Shown piece by piece: positions 46,802 through 64,000 of a stretch of 64,000 nt of DNA. The position numbers were made by a program, and so were the translations under genes. The stretch's first letter is position 1. Every line of letters begins with the position of its first letter. Under the pieces are notes generated by a model, which saw only the letters and a list, made by a program, of their open reading frames with translations, had not been told where the DNA came from and did no database searches. This DNA comes from Chlorokybus atmophyticus (Eukaryota > Plantae > Mesostigma and Chlorokybus algae), in assembly GCA_009103225.1 (NCBI GenBank), contig RHPI01000733.1, positions 40,523 through 104,522 of the forward strand, given 5' to 3'.

Positions 46802-48889
46802 GTGACTACTAGCTAGTACTACTGTGGTAGCTTAGGTGGTCGCACGCGCACTCTCAGCCGTTCGATGCGCATTCAGCAGCAAGCACAATGTGCTTAGCAC
46901 AGCCTTAATCAGGATTCTCAGCAGCTGAGCCTCATTGCCAGAATTCGATCTAGTCGAGAGGGATATGATGATGATCAATACAATGCACGATTGATCTGTC
47001 ATCTTGCTCAACTCCAGAAACGCCTGAGGGTTACCTACGGGATTGCACATGAGGTGATGTATGTTTGTATCATATTCTGATCACGTAAGCATGTAAAATA
47101 CATGAGTTTATACATGCATGCGTTGGGGAGAGAGGAAGAGAGAGAGAGAGAGAGACCATGCTGTTGAGCATGTTTTTCAATATATGCATACAACGAAACA
47201 ATGATTGGTGACCACCCTCAGTATTGTATAAGTTAGCGGTTGTACATGATAGTATCGCATGCACGACAAGTTTTCCTTACATATGCCATGTGCATGGGCA
47301 AGGTTTCATGGACTCCAAACTTGAGGCTCGAAGCCTTAAGCTTGTTTCATGTGTGGCATATGACTCTCTCTTTATCACAGCAATGCAATTCGTTCGATGT
47401 GTACAACAATGCATGGCGTATGATTGGTGTCCACTGATGATTGCTGGACTGACAATTTGTATGGTGTCTGTAGAGCTGCCAGCCAAAGTATCTTTGATGG
47501 CGATGGGCGGTGCACATATGTAAAGTTCCGTTACGACTATTTGAGGCTGCATGCTCATTGGTACGTGTGTACACATAGTGCTTCACCTGCGCTGATGTCA
47601 TGCACGGCTGGTACACCACTCAAGCTTCCCGCTTTTACACAAAACTTTGTCGTTGGTCTTCAGGCGCCCATGCATACTACGACACGCAGGCACTTGCAGA
47701 CAGCGCGCTGAATGCAGATAGCAATAGCACGGCGGTGGAGTTGTTGTCATATGAGTGATGGCGGCTTTTGGTATGCGCGGGTAGCTTTTACACCATGCAT
47801 GTGATATCTACCATATCCTTCCTCATACACTGCCATGTTCCGATTGTACAAAAGGGGTATGCTGCTGCGCCAGCATGCATGGTGTATAGGATATGTGAAG
47901 TGCTGTGTGGCACACGCATGCAACAACATTAATGCACAACCGCACTACATTATTCTCTCTATACAAAGGTTTACACTGTTACCACCGGGCTAATCTCTAC
48001 TACACTATCACTATTGCCTAGCCCCGTTTGATATGCATGTAGCAGTCACAGTCACCTGCACAACGACCGTTTGTCATCTGCCCTTCTCCTCGGCGAGGCA
48101 GCAGCAGCAGCAGCAGCAGACCCAATGGACTCCCCCTCCTCCTGCACCCACATCACCGCCGCCACTGACAACTACATCATCCACTTTGCTACGACTGCGC
48201 CGTTAGGGTTTGCACCTATTAATGCGCAGCATGCATGCGCACAACACGCCACACTCCCTTTGGCAGTACCGTCGCTGCGTACATTAATCTCTAGTCTGCT
48301 ATGCACATGCTAGATATTGCATGGTCACACGTTACATCATGCACACATCCAATTAGCCACATGAGCATACGCCCATGACTATATGCCAGTACCAAGTGCT
48401 ATCACATACTACTACCCACCCCGCTAGACATGGCAGTAAACATGCAGTCCATGTATACCTGCAACACGCCAAGATGTGTGTGTGTTGTTGATCAAAGATT
48501 CACACAACATGATTGTGCTGCTTAAGCAAAAATAGTATATATGCCCTGATGCAGCTTGAGCGGCATGGGTGGGTTAGTTGCCTTGGAATAGTGAACATGA
48601 CCTCACCAACTTGATTAAACACATGCCCTTATTTGCGGTACACATGCACGTACTTCAATCTCATTGGTTGGGCTGCGCAACTGGGACCTACTAAGGTAGG
48701 TACCTTGAACCAGGTTGGGACGCACGTGTATACACGTGCGTCCCAACCTGGTTTAATGTGACGCATTGTAGCACAAGACCTTTTCAACTGTGCGTACTTG
48801 TGTACTGTAGTGGTGGAGACCATGGTTATGAGATACAGTGTATGAATGCTTTGTCTAAGCTACAGCCTCCCATGAGTTTGTATGACAGT

Positions 48890-51000
48890 TCTTACCTTGA
48901 CGTAATGCATGGGGGCTGCAGCTGTCATTCGTGTTGTTGACAGGCAGCCGATAGGGCTCGTGGCAGCGCTTTGGTAGCTGTGCGAGACTGCCGGCCGGTG
49001 TGTCATCGAGTGCATACGGATCGACACTGATGACGCCAGCAGCTCCTGTGGTAGCTGATATGAATACGGTTGCACTAGGCAGTGCACGCACACGTGCAAG
49101 CTCGCACACACATCCATACACACCGTGTACGTGTGACATGTATATGCATGCACATGAAGTCATGTATGGACGCATGCAGGCACAAGCGCACACACGTATG
49201 CAACCACTCAAGTACGCACACATTCACACATCACACGCAGACGCACACGTACTTGCAATTATACATGCGCGCGCACGCACGCACGCAGACATAAACAACC
49301 ACAAGCACATGGCTATCAATCAAACAGTGTAGTTTACCTTTACCGTGCGCACGTGCGTTGTCGTAGTTGTCGTAGTCGTTTGCGGCCTGGAAGGAGGCTC
49401 GTCGACCATCGCCGTCAGCAACTCTGGCAACTTGTGACAAATCCCACAATGGGTCTCCTTTATCCAACCAAAACACGACATCAAATCACATGCAAACGAG
49501 ACGGGCAATGCGCGGGTGCATGGATGCGCGTGTGTATGTGTGCGTATGCGTAGCATGAGTATCTGCTGACGCACCTGGCTGAATGTCGTTACCAGCAATT
49601 ATGCACAGGTCCCCTTCCGCAGCTTGGCGTGCCACAGCAGCACTCGTCATCGCCGTGCTATGCTATTGGCCTGAGCGCTGCGAGATGGAATCCTCATGCA
49701 GCCAGCAGCTGGGCGGTCAAGGCGCGCGGGACAGCGTGGACGTGTGCCGGGTGTTGTTCTTGTTGGTGGTGTTGGCGCCCTGCTTAGCACCTGATGATGT
49801 CCCGCAAGCGTTGCTATGATTGTTGGGCATGGCGTCGATGTTGACGTTGACTTTGTCGCTATCGTTGGCCTGCATATGGAAGGCAATCCCTCCATCCTGA
49901 ACTGATGAATGAATAAAGCGTTCTTGCATGTGTGCGTGTGTTGCATCACGTGTTGCACATAAGCTTGAGGGATACTCACTTGGGTTAAGGAGAAGCGTGT
50001 CGCTGGCATGAATGTGTTGTTGCAGTTATTGTTGGCCAACCACGGGGAATGCGACGGTGCCAATAATGCTGGGATTAGTATTATTTCCGCGGGCAGCTCC
50101 CGGCTGAAGCACCTGAAAGCGCCTGCCAGGTCTTGTATATGCTTGTATATGCTTGTATAAGACATCAGAATTGACTGGCAACAACACTGACTGGTGTTGC
50201 CACCCCTGCTTGGCGGAACACACGACATTCTCTGTCGCACACACCAAGCGCACGCGTTTGCATGTATATGCGGGCGATATTACACATGATGCGTCTATGA
50301 TGCAGCAAGAAAAGGTCAAGACATGTGTACCAAATTGCACTGCGCACGCGCGCACACATGCACACCCACACTCACTGGCTCTCATTCACTCAATCTCATA
50401 TTGGCACCAATTTCGTGGCGCTGAGTTGACAACATACACACTGTTAAGCCACTGGTTCGGCACCCACAACTGGTCACATACAACGCAACGAAGATTGATG
50501 TATGTATGTACTCAGCAGGAACCTTACCCGAGCGCGAGCGTAACATGTTTGCCGTTGTCATGAAACAACTGCAGGTATTGTTTGTGTCCATTTGGGCCAA
50601 GCATCCACACCAGCTGGCAGCTGGTTGCTGGCTGCCTCCAAATGTTGGCATGTTGCCCCTTTGCTGGTATAATCACACACGTTGCGACAACTCCTCTGCT
50701 GCACCGATCTCAGCCTCCTCAAGCCAGCAGCCAACCTTTGAGACACAAGTACACTTGTTGGTGTGTATGTTTGTGCAGTTGTGGACAAGTAGTGTCGGCG
50801 CTGAATGGACAACTAAACACAGATACTCACAAAAACATATTCACACATACACACACTCACACACGAGCGTGAAGTGAAGTCAACGGCCCCTCACTTATCT
50901 GGTCAGAGGTGACAGACCTTAACAGCAAGCAATATAGCAGACGCACTGTCAACTGACAAACACACACGACCGTAACACATGCCACATTTGTGCAGAGCGC
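48890..51000 (-). pseudogene. Diverged partial duplicate of the N-terminal exons/introns of the AP2 gene (43690-46200)
   Basis: Collinear exon pairs, e.g. LLQELFAPSSSMSIRTRSMTH / LPQELLASSVSIRMHSMTH; MTTMRVRTAK / TTTHVRTVK; NNMFMPTTCFSPIQ / NNTFMPATRFSLTQ. No AP2 exons follow. Confidence 0.6.
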
Positions 51001-53533
51001 AGAACCCATATAACTGTCCACAACACGATCACACATCTACACCCAGCGACAACATACGCACACTGATGCTGCGTGCACAGTTTGTGATCTGGCCGCCAGA
51101 TCAACGCCCATAAACAGGATCGTGCTGGCAACACAATCCTGTTTATGGGCGTTGTAACTGACGGTGACCAAGACAATCTAAGCATTAGAGTATTGTGTGT
51201 GAGTGAAGGACCTTGTGCTTTGTGTATGTGCGTGTGTTGCTGTCAGCATCAGTGTGAACTCCTCCTCCTTGTGTTTCCCTCGACTTGTCATTGTTGTGGA
51301 GTAATGGTTGGGTGAGGAGGGATAAGGACAGCCTGTGGGCTGAGCCTCTTCAAGCAATGCATTCATGAATGGCTGGTAGCGCATGATTGGGCTGACAGGA
51401 CCATTGCGGCGCCTGCTGCGCATTGCAGCAAAGTTACTAAACCAAACATACGAAGATCATCACGCGAAACAAGAATGCGGTGGAGGTGCCTATATCAGGG
51501 CAAAGGTCGTGTCACTATCTCATGATTATACAGACCTGTAGAAGCGGAAACCAAAGGTAAGGGTGGCGTGTGGCAAAATTGCTGTATCTGCCTGCAAAGT
51601 GTGTATGAGGAGAAAAGATAAGCACTAGCACCCATCATGCACCGCTGGATTCTAATCATCAACAACATCAGTCGCATGACAACACTGGCAGTATCTTTGC
51701 CTGCATGAATCTTGTTGATATAGTGTGTACATGCTTGCTTTCTCGTACCTCGTATGCAACTGCAAGCCACAAAACTGAGCTATGTATGGTGGTGGTCTCC
51801 ACTGCAGTACACTGCAGCAGACACACAAATATGTACAATTTGTCACATCACACAACTGCTTGGTTGCGACAAAGCATGTGCGAGTCCCTTGATGTGTGAC
51901 AGCAAATTGGGACCCACGTGTAGGTCCCAACTTGGTGTCACATCCCAAGTTAGGACAGCCAATGAGAGTGAGTATACACACATGTCCAATTTAGACGCAA
52001 AGCATATAGCATCTCCACACGAATACTGAACCTGACTCATGCTTTCCATCCAAGCAACGTATGGTTCACTGTGATACTATTATAGCAGTGCTGCACGAGG
52101 AAATATATACCAAAGTTGCACACGGTTTGTGTGCTTATGTCACATCACCAACACCTGTCAAGACATACGATGTCATGTCTTATGTAGACGTGACAGTGTA
52201 TGTGGTAGTATGCAATGCAGTGAAATATTGATATTAACGGTAGAGCGTTGTGTGCCAGCTGGCAGTTTGAGTGGTACAGCTTACCTAAAGACAGCAGCCA
52301 TGCACGAAATGATACCTGAGCAGGTAAGGTACAATTTGTTGACAATTACCGTACCGTTATGTGTACAGCCTCGGTTAGCCTTTGATTTCGCACAGGTGCA
52401 GGGCCCAACGCCACCTGCAGGTACCCGGTACCTGCAGAGGGCCTCTCGCAGCCACCATCTGAGCCCCTGAACAGCAACACCACAAGTGACTTGTTGGCAT
52501 GCCGCCTGCCTCTCAGTCCTACACCAGTCCTGTTTTGATGGTGGCATCACAGCGCTCGCCTTTTCATCAGGCCAGATGGAAGCCTTCCACTGAGCGTCAG
52601 AGTACAAGCATGCAAGCCTGGCCAGCCCTGAACGCACCAGCTGTCATTACAGCTGCTTCCAAAGTTGACAGCTGGTCTGCTAACTGCAGCAAACGAGTGA
52701 CCTTCTTCGCCCTCCCGAAGCCTCAGGCTGCGCGGCTGTCAAGTGTGCCAGTAACAGGGCCTGTGGGGACTTGCTTGCTTCAACAAGCAAGCATCGTGCA
52801 CGCATGCATAGAGCTTCTACGCGCAACGCATGCATATGTGTTGCGCGTAGATCAACCACTACATGGAGCTAATCAAAAAGCATGCAAGCAGGCAACTGCG
52901 AAGGAAGCAGGCATGCAAGCTGCCTATTCCTGCGGAAGCCTTCAAAGTTCGGTGGAGGGTGCAGTACTCATACCAGACATATACTGTTGCGAAAACAAGC
53001 GCTGAAGATGATAACATCGGCATCCCAAAGTGTGACCAGCTTAAGCGCAACCAATTAAAACAAGTGTTGCCTGCACACGGCAACCAAGCAGCTGGTGTCA
53101 ACCGCTGTGCAGCTGTGGACATGCGGCAGTTCAGCTTACTGAACCCAGCAGGAAAAGCCATCGTTACCAACAACCACATCCATGACATCTTGTCGTGGCC
53201 ATGACAAGAACCGCATCAACAGTAACGGTGGCAACAACAACGACAACATCTACTGTCACCGTGGCTCCGTCGCCGCTGGCAGCTAAGCTGCTTAGCGCAT
53301 GCGCAACTACAAGAGCAGCGGCGTACGGGGCTATGCGGTCATTCACACTAGCCAGGCAGCGGCATACAACGGGTTGCAAACTTCCCGCAAACCCTAACTT
53401 TGGGCCAGGCCGGTCTAGTCTAGGCCAGGCCAGGCCAGGCCACAGGCGACCAGGCCAAGGGGCGGCGAAACTAGGCAGAGCCAGGCCTGGGAGGGCAGGT
53501 TCGGGGCGGGAGGTTGGGGGCGGTGCCGGCATT

Positions 53534-56500
53534 ATGGAGGTGATAGATCTGAGTCCGGAGGGGCCCGGCGTGTCGCAGGGATCGTCCGGGCAGCCATCCC
53601 CGACCGCGGCGGCGGTGGTGGGGAGCAAGCAAGCGCCCAACGCCAATGCTAATGCCGCTGCCGCAGCAGCCGCAGCGTCAGCCTCCCCCATCGCCGTCGT
53701 CCTGCAGTACTGGAAGGTAACGAGGTGGCCTGGTCTGGTTGTTGTGGTATGCTCCCGCATGTGATCGCAACTGTTTATGTGTGTGTGATTGCAGGAGTTT
53801 GATCTGGAGCGCACTCGTAGCAAGCTGGACGAGCAGGGGTTGAAAATTGCCGACAACCAGGAGACCAGTCTGAAGAACAGGCGCAAGCTTGCGGAGGTCA
53901 CCAGGGATTTCAAGAAGAATCCTGGCGAGGTAATGTGACTGCGATTGTCATGTTGGGGCACTCAACCCGTGCATTGCGTGTGCATCTGTGGATATGAGTA
54001 GGTCTTGTTGCGCATGGATCACACCTTTGTATTGGTATGTGTTGCATTGTTCACATACACATACGCTCGCATGCGCACACACGCATGCGCACCTATACAC
54101 GTCAAGGCATGCATGCACAGGCATACATGTGTACACATATATACAAATGCGTAGAGTGGCATTTCACACGTCCTGAAGTTTGTCTTGCGTGGATGCACCC
54201 GCACGTGCGGGCACACCCTTAATTGCATGCACTTAGACACATGTGCACGCCTGCATACACAGAGACACACGTGACAACACGAGCACGTACCAATACACAC
54301 AAAGGATTTTCTGCATGCAACACAACACAGTACTGTATTGCATGCGGAGAGCATGCAACACCTTTCTGAGCGGCAGTTTTCTCATGCACCTTCCATGCAT
54401 GAAACCCACTCTCTGGAGTCATACACGCACCCATAACGTGCATCATATTCTTCCTCACTCTGCTCCACACTGCCACTTACGGTTCAAACATGTACTGAAC
54501 CTTCCAACATCAGGACAAGTCCAAGTCTTTTGGTCCCCTGCTCAAGTCCTACCAAGAGGAGATCGACGTTTTGACCAAGCGTTCCAAGTTCGCCGAGAAC
54601 GCCTTTCTTTCAGTCTACCAGTTGCTTTACGAGGCTCCCGACCCCGCTCCTGCCCTCGCGACGGCCTCGGAAGAGTGCGCGAGGACCGGCGAGCTCGAGC
54701 GAGAGAACCACCGCATGCGCATGGAGCTGGAGGAGTACAGGGCCGAGAGCGCCAACCTCAAGAACCAGCAAGTGAGGGCGTTTGAGTTGGGGTTGGGTTG
54801 GGCGTTGATTGTGGTATTGGCTCACAATCAACATGTCGGCATATGCGCATGCGCATATGCACATATGCACGCACGCATGTGTGTGCTTGTGTGCGCGCAC
54901 ACATACATGCACACACGTGCATGTATGTAGATATTTAGATATTTTTTATACAAGTGCATATGGAGGCACGGGTTTCAGAGGTATTTCATTACATGTACTC
55001 ACGTCACGTCAAAGTGCACTGCGCACTGTCACAGACGTACACACGCATAGATACTCTTATACACCCAAAATCTAAGTCTTTGTGCATGTATGTGTGTTTG
55101 TACGCACACGTGTACAGGCAGTCTGGTGAGCTGCACGCATCGTTGACATGTATTCCCTGGAGTCTCACGCCAAGCCTCCCAAAAACTCTCGTGGTGTTGT
55201 ACGCACAATTGTGAACGCTGCACATTGTTGTTGTGAGTGTCTTTACTATTGTTGCGTTTCGGTTTGACAAGGTCACAACTGATGATGGCATGCGCTGCTG
55301 TCAGGTCACCATAAGACGGCTTGAAGAGCGCAACCGACTGCTTGAAGCTCAGATGGAGGACAAGGTGCGTACTATGGTTTGTTGATCTGATGAATGCCGA
55401 TTAATGCATTGGTGGTTCTAGTGCACATTCTGTTCTGCTGGCCTTAGGTCCGTGAGATGGTTGAGATGAGGCAGCGCACGATGGAGGCCGACAGCCAAAA
55501 ACAGGTACAGTTAACAACAAACATGTTCGACTGTGTGACTGTTGGGGTGCAGTGTTGGGTTGGTGAAACCTATCGAGCAGGTGGATGCGGTGCGCGAGCG
55601 CGAGGCACAGCTGCAGCGCCAGGTGGAGGAGGCCAAGGACATGCTTGCGGCCATGCAGGTGCTGTGAGACACGCGCACACGCGCACAGACAAACATGCAC
55701 ACGCGCGCTATGAACACAAGCATGCGCGCGCGTGCACATATGCACACACACGAGCACATGTGAGTGTGTGCACACGCCCGCATGCACGCGTCCTCACATG
55801 TAGGTGTGCATAACATTTGCTTCGTGTCATGCTCTTGCCAATCAATGTTTTTTTCTCGGCGCAGAGACTGCATGATGTAGGTCAGAGCCAGCTGTTTGAA
55901 CTGAAGACTCAGAGCGATGAGGAGCGGGCGGCACGCCAGGCTGAGCTTGATATGGTGCTGGCAGAAGTTGACCGTGCACAGGTGCAGCTCATGCTTGTGT
56001 TGCATGTGTTGGTTGTGTCTGCGTATGAGCGCACACTTGTGCGTGTGCGTGTGCGTGTTTCTGTTTCAGTGTGTACCATATATTCTTTTTCGGCATTGCT
56101 GCTGGTATTTCTTCTTCAGCATTGCTGCTGGTATCTCTTGATTAGCCTCCAGTAGCCACTACTGAATTGTCATGTGTTTGTTGCTGCAAACAGCAAGTGT
56201 TGGAACGTATATATGTATGTTCATTTGGGTTTACTATCATTGGTTGCTATGCAGGCGCGCATGCTGGCCATGGAGAGAGAAAAGCTGGAGTTGAAGTCAA
56301 AACTTGATCAGACGCAGCTCGGGGACACATCACAGGTAGATGTTGTGTGAGCATGTTGGGTTTGTCGTGTCTGACACCACATCTCAACATCGTGGCTTAG
56401 ATGGCACCCAAGAGCGATTGGGAGTCGGACAGAGACTCTCTCGAGGCGGATGCTGCAGCCAAGGAGAGGACGATATCGCAGCTGCACCAGCAGATATCGG

Positions 56501-56735
56501 AGCTCGAGGAGAGCATTCTGGTGGAGCGTGAAGCTCATAAGCAGGCTCTGCAGGTGAGAGCAGGAGTTAATACCAACATACACAAGGAGTTGTTTGCATT
56601 CCATGTGTGATTCTGGGATTTATGTGGGTCGTATTGTATATCATGTCTGCCAGGATTTGCACCAAGAAGTTACCAGCAAAGATAGGCGGCTGCAACGCCT
56701 GCAAGCTGAGCTCGTGGAAAGGCCGACGGCAAAAG

Positions 56736-56788
<53 letters not shown>

Positions 56789-59718
56789 GTGTGCATGTTC
56801 GTGCGTGTCTGCGCGCATGTGCGCGTGCGCGTGTACATATAAACATGTTTGCGTGCATGCGTGCGTGCGCGCGTACACATGTAATATCAGGATTGAGTTG
56901 AAAGCCTATGATGCCAGTTTCAAGCCATTCCACACAAACATCTTGTAAATGTTGTGCCTTCAGCTTCGTGCTATATTCATGACGTCATGGCCTGAGCACT
57001 GGTCAGTTCTGGCTGGAGGGCCATTTATGCACATCCAAACTGTGTGCAGCATGGACGAAAACGCACACGCACACACGCACACGCACACACACACGCACAG
57101 TGCGCGCGTGACTCTGTTCTCTTGCAGGTCTCAGAGCTGCGAAGGCAAGTGAAGCTGCTGCAAGCCGTGGGTTACAACAGCATCGAGGAGGACTGGGCGC
57201 TTGGTTTGCGTGGCAGCGGGGGAGGGGACGGCAGCAGCGACGCCGACGCTGCCGCCAGCCAGCTCGAGAGTCTACTTTTGGATAAGAACCGCAAGATGGA
57301 CCACGAGCTCACGATAACGCGTGTGCAGGTGAGACGTGCACAGGGGTGTCGGCAATACACAGCACACATACACACGAATGTATGCATGCAGGAACACGTG
57401 CATGTGCACACATGCACACAAATGTGCGCACCTGTACGCGCGTGCGTGTTTGCAAGTATAGGTCCACACAATATTGAAGCCATATCAGGACAGGGACGCG
57501 TGCACTTTGTATGAGTGCATGGTTTGTGTGTGTGGCTTGTCCATGCGATGATTCCTGTGGGTGTTGTTGGCTGCATCATTGCTCACTCTCGTTGACTCAC
57601 TCCTCGCATGCGTGTTTGATTTCACTCAGTTGGCCGAGAAGGAGAAAGAGCTGGCGCACACGCTGCAGCGCGTGTCCAATCTACAATCAGAGGCGGCGCG
57701 GCAGACGGAGCTGATATCGAAGCTCGAGGAGGACATCCGCACGGGTGTCGGCGGCGGCGGCCGTGCGGGTGCCAATGGCGATGATGAGTGGGAGAGCAAT
57801 GTTGTTGATCGCGGCGCGGCCCAGCTCGTGCAGGTATCTTATGAACGAAGTCAAGTTCATGTTGGATTGCTTAATCGAGTTGGTATGCACAGCATTGCTA
57901 AGCTATCTCCTGCTCAACGACCTGTGGTTGTCGTTATTGTTGGGTCATGCTTGTCACACAGATACTGCACTTGACTTCTGGCACAATGACGCTGGTGTTG
58001 TTTCAGATTGTAATAGCTTGTGTCTACAGGACACAACACAGCTTGGCACAACAAGTCATTGCTCAACTTGGTTTCCTACAACACCAACACCTGTTAGCTC
58101 AGTGGCGTGTAGTATTACAGAAAATTAACATTTGAGTTGTCACTAGTTGTTGCAGCAACAACTGAAGTGTCACTTGTCGGTTTTTCCGGTGTCACTCAAC
58201 TATTCGTTAAATCTACGAAGTCACCTATCCATTAATCAATGACACGTGCGTGACGTCTTTCGTCACGCATACCCACAACTCGTTGCGCCCAGGGCGCCGC
58301 CTCCTCCTCCAAGCTCAACAACGGCAGCGACGAGTCCGAGCCCTCGATGCTCTCAATGGTGTGCGGCCAGCGCGACCGCTTCCGCGCGCGCGTGCTGGAG
58401 CTAGAGGAGGCCGCCAACGCGCTCATCGCGCGGGTCGGGGCGGTGACGGCGGAGCTGGAGGCGTGCAAGGTGAGAGTGGGGAGGTGTGGGGGGGAGAGGT
58501 GGGGGGGAGGTGGGGCTGGGGCTGGGGCTGGGGCTGGGGCTGGGGCTGGGTTGCTGTTGGTCAGCGAGGATTGATATGCATGCCTGCATGCATGGGTGAG
58601 CATGTACGCCCACGTACGGAAGAATGGCGGTAAGGGTAGTTGGCGCTTGGGCGGGGTTGCTTTGGGTCAGGGAGGCACGCAGGCACGCACGCGCGCGCGA
58701 GTGCATGCACACATGTGCACCTCATTCATTGCTACTTAAGTACATGGGTGCATTCCTGTATGTGCAAGGCGGATGGCTCATGTCACGTTTTTGGCTCGCC
58801 GCAGCATGCGTGTGCACTCGTGTGTGAGTTACCACCGTTAGCTGTTGTCATGACAAGTACACAACACAATATCAGTCGCCATCAGAAGTTTTCCCAACGG
58901 TTGTACTTGGGCCAGGCGGACAATGTGAGTCTATACGAGAAGCTTCGCTATGTGCAAGGCTACCAAAACCGTGCTCGCAAGCCGGCCGGTAAGGTTTTTA
59001 CTCATGTAACCATTCAAATGCGACCATGTGACATTGTGTGCACAATCCACAAAACATGACTTGCTTTTGCATGCGTGTACAGGCGATATTGAGCAAGGGA
59101 ATGAAGAAGTGGAAGGGCGCTATCGTAAGCTTTATGAAGACACCGTCAACCCCTTTTCAGAGTTTAGCAAGCAGGTGAGAACAGGTTTGTTGTGGGGCCT
59201 TACTAAGTCATTTCCAACACTGTGATAGCTGTTGATACAAAGCAGCACTGACATGCAAGGTTTAAACTGGAAACCTCCTTCCAAGCGGTCATTGTGTGCA
59301 TTGTACTGGTGTTGTATAGTTACAAGAGTTGGGGGAGTATGCAAGTGGAATAACCAGCTGATACGTGACATGCTAGTGTATCAGTAACAAGCGTTTTTCA
59401 TCAAGCACTCTGATATCTGATGTCACCAATAAAAGCGTGTTAGTGTTGTACTCCTTCCTTCCTCCATTCATTTTGTACGTGTCGCAGGAGCGTGACAAGA
59501 GGCGCAAGGACCTGCGTTTCCACGACAGGATAGCCTACAGCCTTCTTGGCAACAAGTTTGCGCGTGCCTTTATATTTGTGTACTTCGTGTGCCTCCATTT
59601 CCTCATCTTCGTCATACTCTACCGCCAGACCGTTCACCGCCTTCAGCACCTCGACATCATCGCCGACGAACTGCCGTCAAAACAACAGCTGCTGGCGTCC
59701 AATCTCCAGCTGTTGTGA
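53534..59718 (+). CDS. CASP: CASP (CUX1-related Golgi coiled-coil membrane protein), about 16 exons
   Basis: VVLQYWKEFDLE...LDEQGLKIADNQE...RRKLAEVTRDFKK, LLKSYQEEIDVLTKRSKFAENAFL, MVCGQRDRFRARVLELE, ADNVSLYEKLRYVQGY, RYRKLYEDTVNPFSEF, and TM segment FARAFIFVYFVCLHFLIFVILY. GT-AG exons from 53534-53716 to 59488-59718. Confidence 0.9.
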
Positions 59719-60531
59719 TGATGATGTCGCATAGTGGACGCCCCTGATTCGTGTCAACATAGGAAGCACACTCGTGCGCGTAAGTGTATGCGTGTGTGTG
59801 TGTGTGTGTGTGGCAAAAGTGGCCTGGGAGCTGTGGCGCGGGACAGCGACATTTGTACATTGGGTGTGTAGCATGTGTATGTGTACATTTCTGCTAGTTC
59901 TCCTGCTGAACAGTATCAGCTGTACAGCAATATCTGGTGATGTTGAATATTCAATGGTTGGTTGAAATATGCAAGGCTCCATTGGAAGGCACAGTCATCT
60001 GCATCTGCAGCACAACCGCTCAGCACATGGGTGGTCTGTAGTTCATGTAGGTGAATGCACTTCAGTCATGCGAGCAAACCCCGAAAGGCAGTCTTGTAGA
60101 GGCATTCCCAAGGCCCTGATGAACATAAAGTTATGAGTATGCCGCCTGCTGCAGCATGAGGTGATTCATGCGTGTGCGCACATTCACATAAGAGTTGCAA
60201 AAAGCAAATGATTCAGAGATGTGCATCTAGCGCGCATGTGCGTATAGCGGTGCCTTCTGTTGAGCAAAATCATAAATATGACCAATGAATGATGCATGCA
60301 CTAATGACCGCAAGGCCACAACTCTACATGTCAAGGCACACAAGTGGAATATAGAGAGCCATAAATGAACAAAGGAATGTCACCTGCAGGAAAGACTACA
60401 CTGCAAGTGCTTCCTATTTTTAAGTGTTTCAACAAAGCACAACTATAAAGATGTACACATACACACATGTACATGAATGTACAAAGGAGGAGATAACCCT
60501 GGAGTATTAGGTGAGAAGCGCGGGAACATCA

Positions 60532-64000
<3,469 letters not shown>

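Noticed and set aside
52858-53204. 113-aa ORF upstream of CASP
   Set aside because: No recognisable motif, splice context or codon bias; unsupported.

Overview
Eukaryotic nuclear DNA with intron-rich genes whose introns are full of (TG)n/(CA)n tracts. The gene set (double-AP2 ANT/WRI-type factor, plant-type CASP, PTB-like phosphate transporter) points to a green alga; the exact lineage cannot be fixed from this window. Host genes: the 3' end of a PiT/PHO4 transporter (probably a pseudogene), an intronless aldo-keto reductase, an 11-exon NMT1/THI5-like gene, an orphan secreted protein, a double-AP2 transcription factor, CASP, and a two-domain cathepsin Z-like protease. The centre of the window (about 15.4-39.4 kb) is a nested transposon stack. 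The outer element is a decayed Ty3/gypsy LTR retrotransposon (gag-PR-DNMT-RT-RH-INT-PHD) that carries a cytosine methyltransferase. It has three insertions: (i) a 10.7-kb DNA transposon (18217-28928; CGTCGCAA termini, TA target duplication), (ii) a 2.1-kb non-autonomous CACAC-TIR element and (iii) a 0.6-kb TRIM. The main candidate novelty is the 10.7-kb element. Besides a Plavaka-type transposase it encodes a spliced Cys-rich/Tudor/C5-cytosine-methyltransferase fusion whose catalytic domain looks bacterial/phage-like, plus three further unknown ORFs. This copy carries a few inactivating lesions. All family calls rest on motif recognition by eye; no database searches were run.
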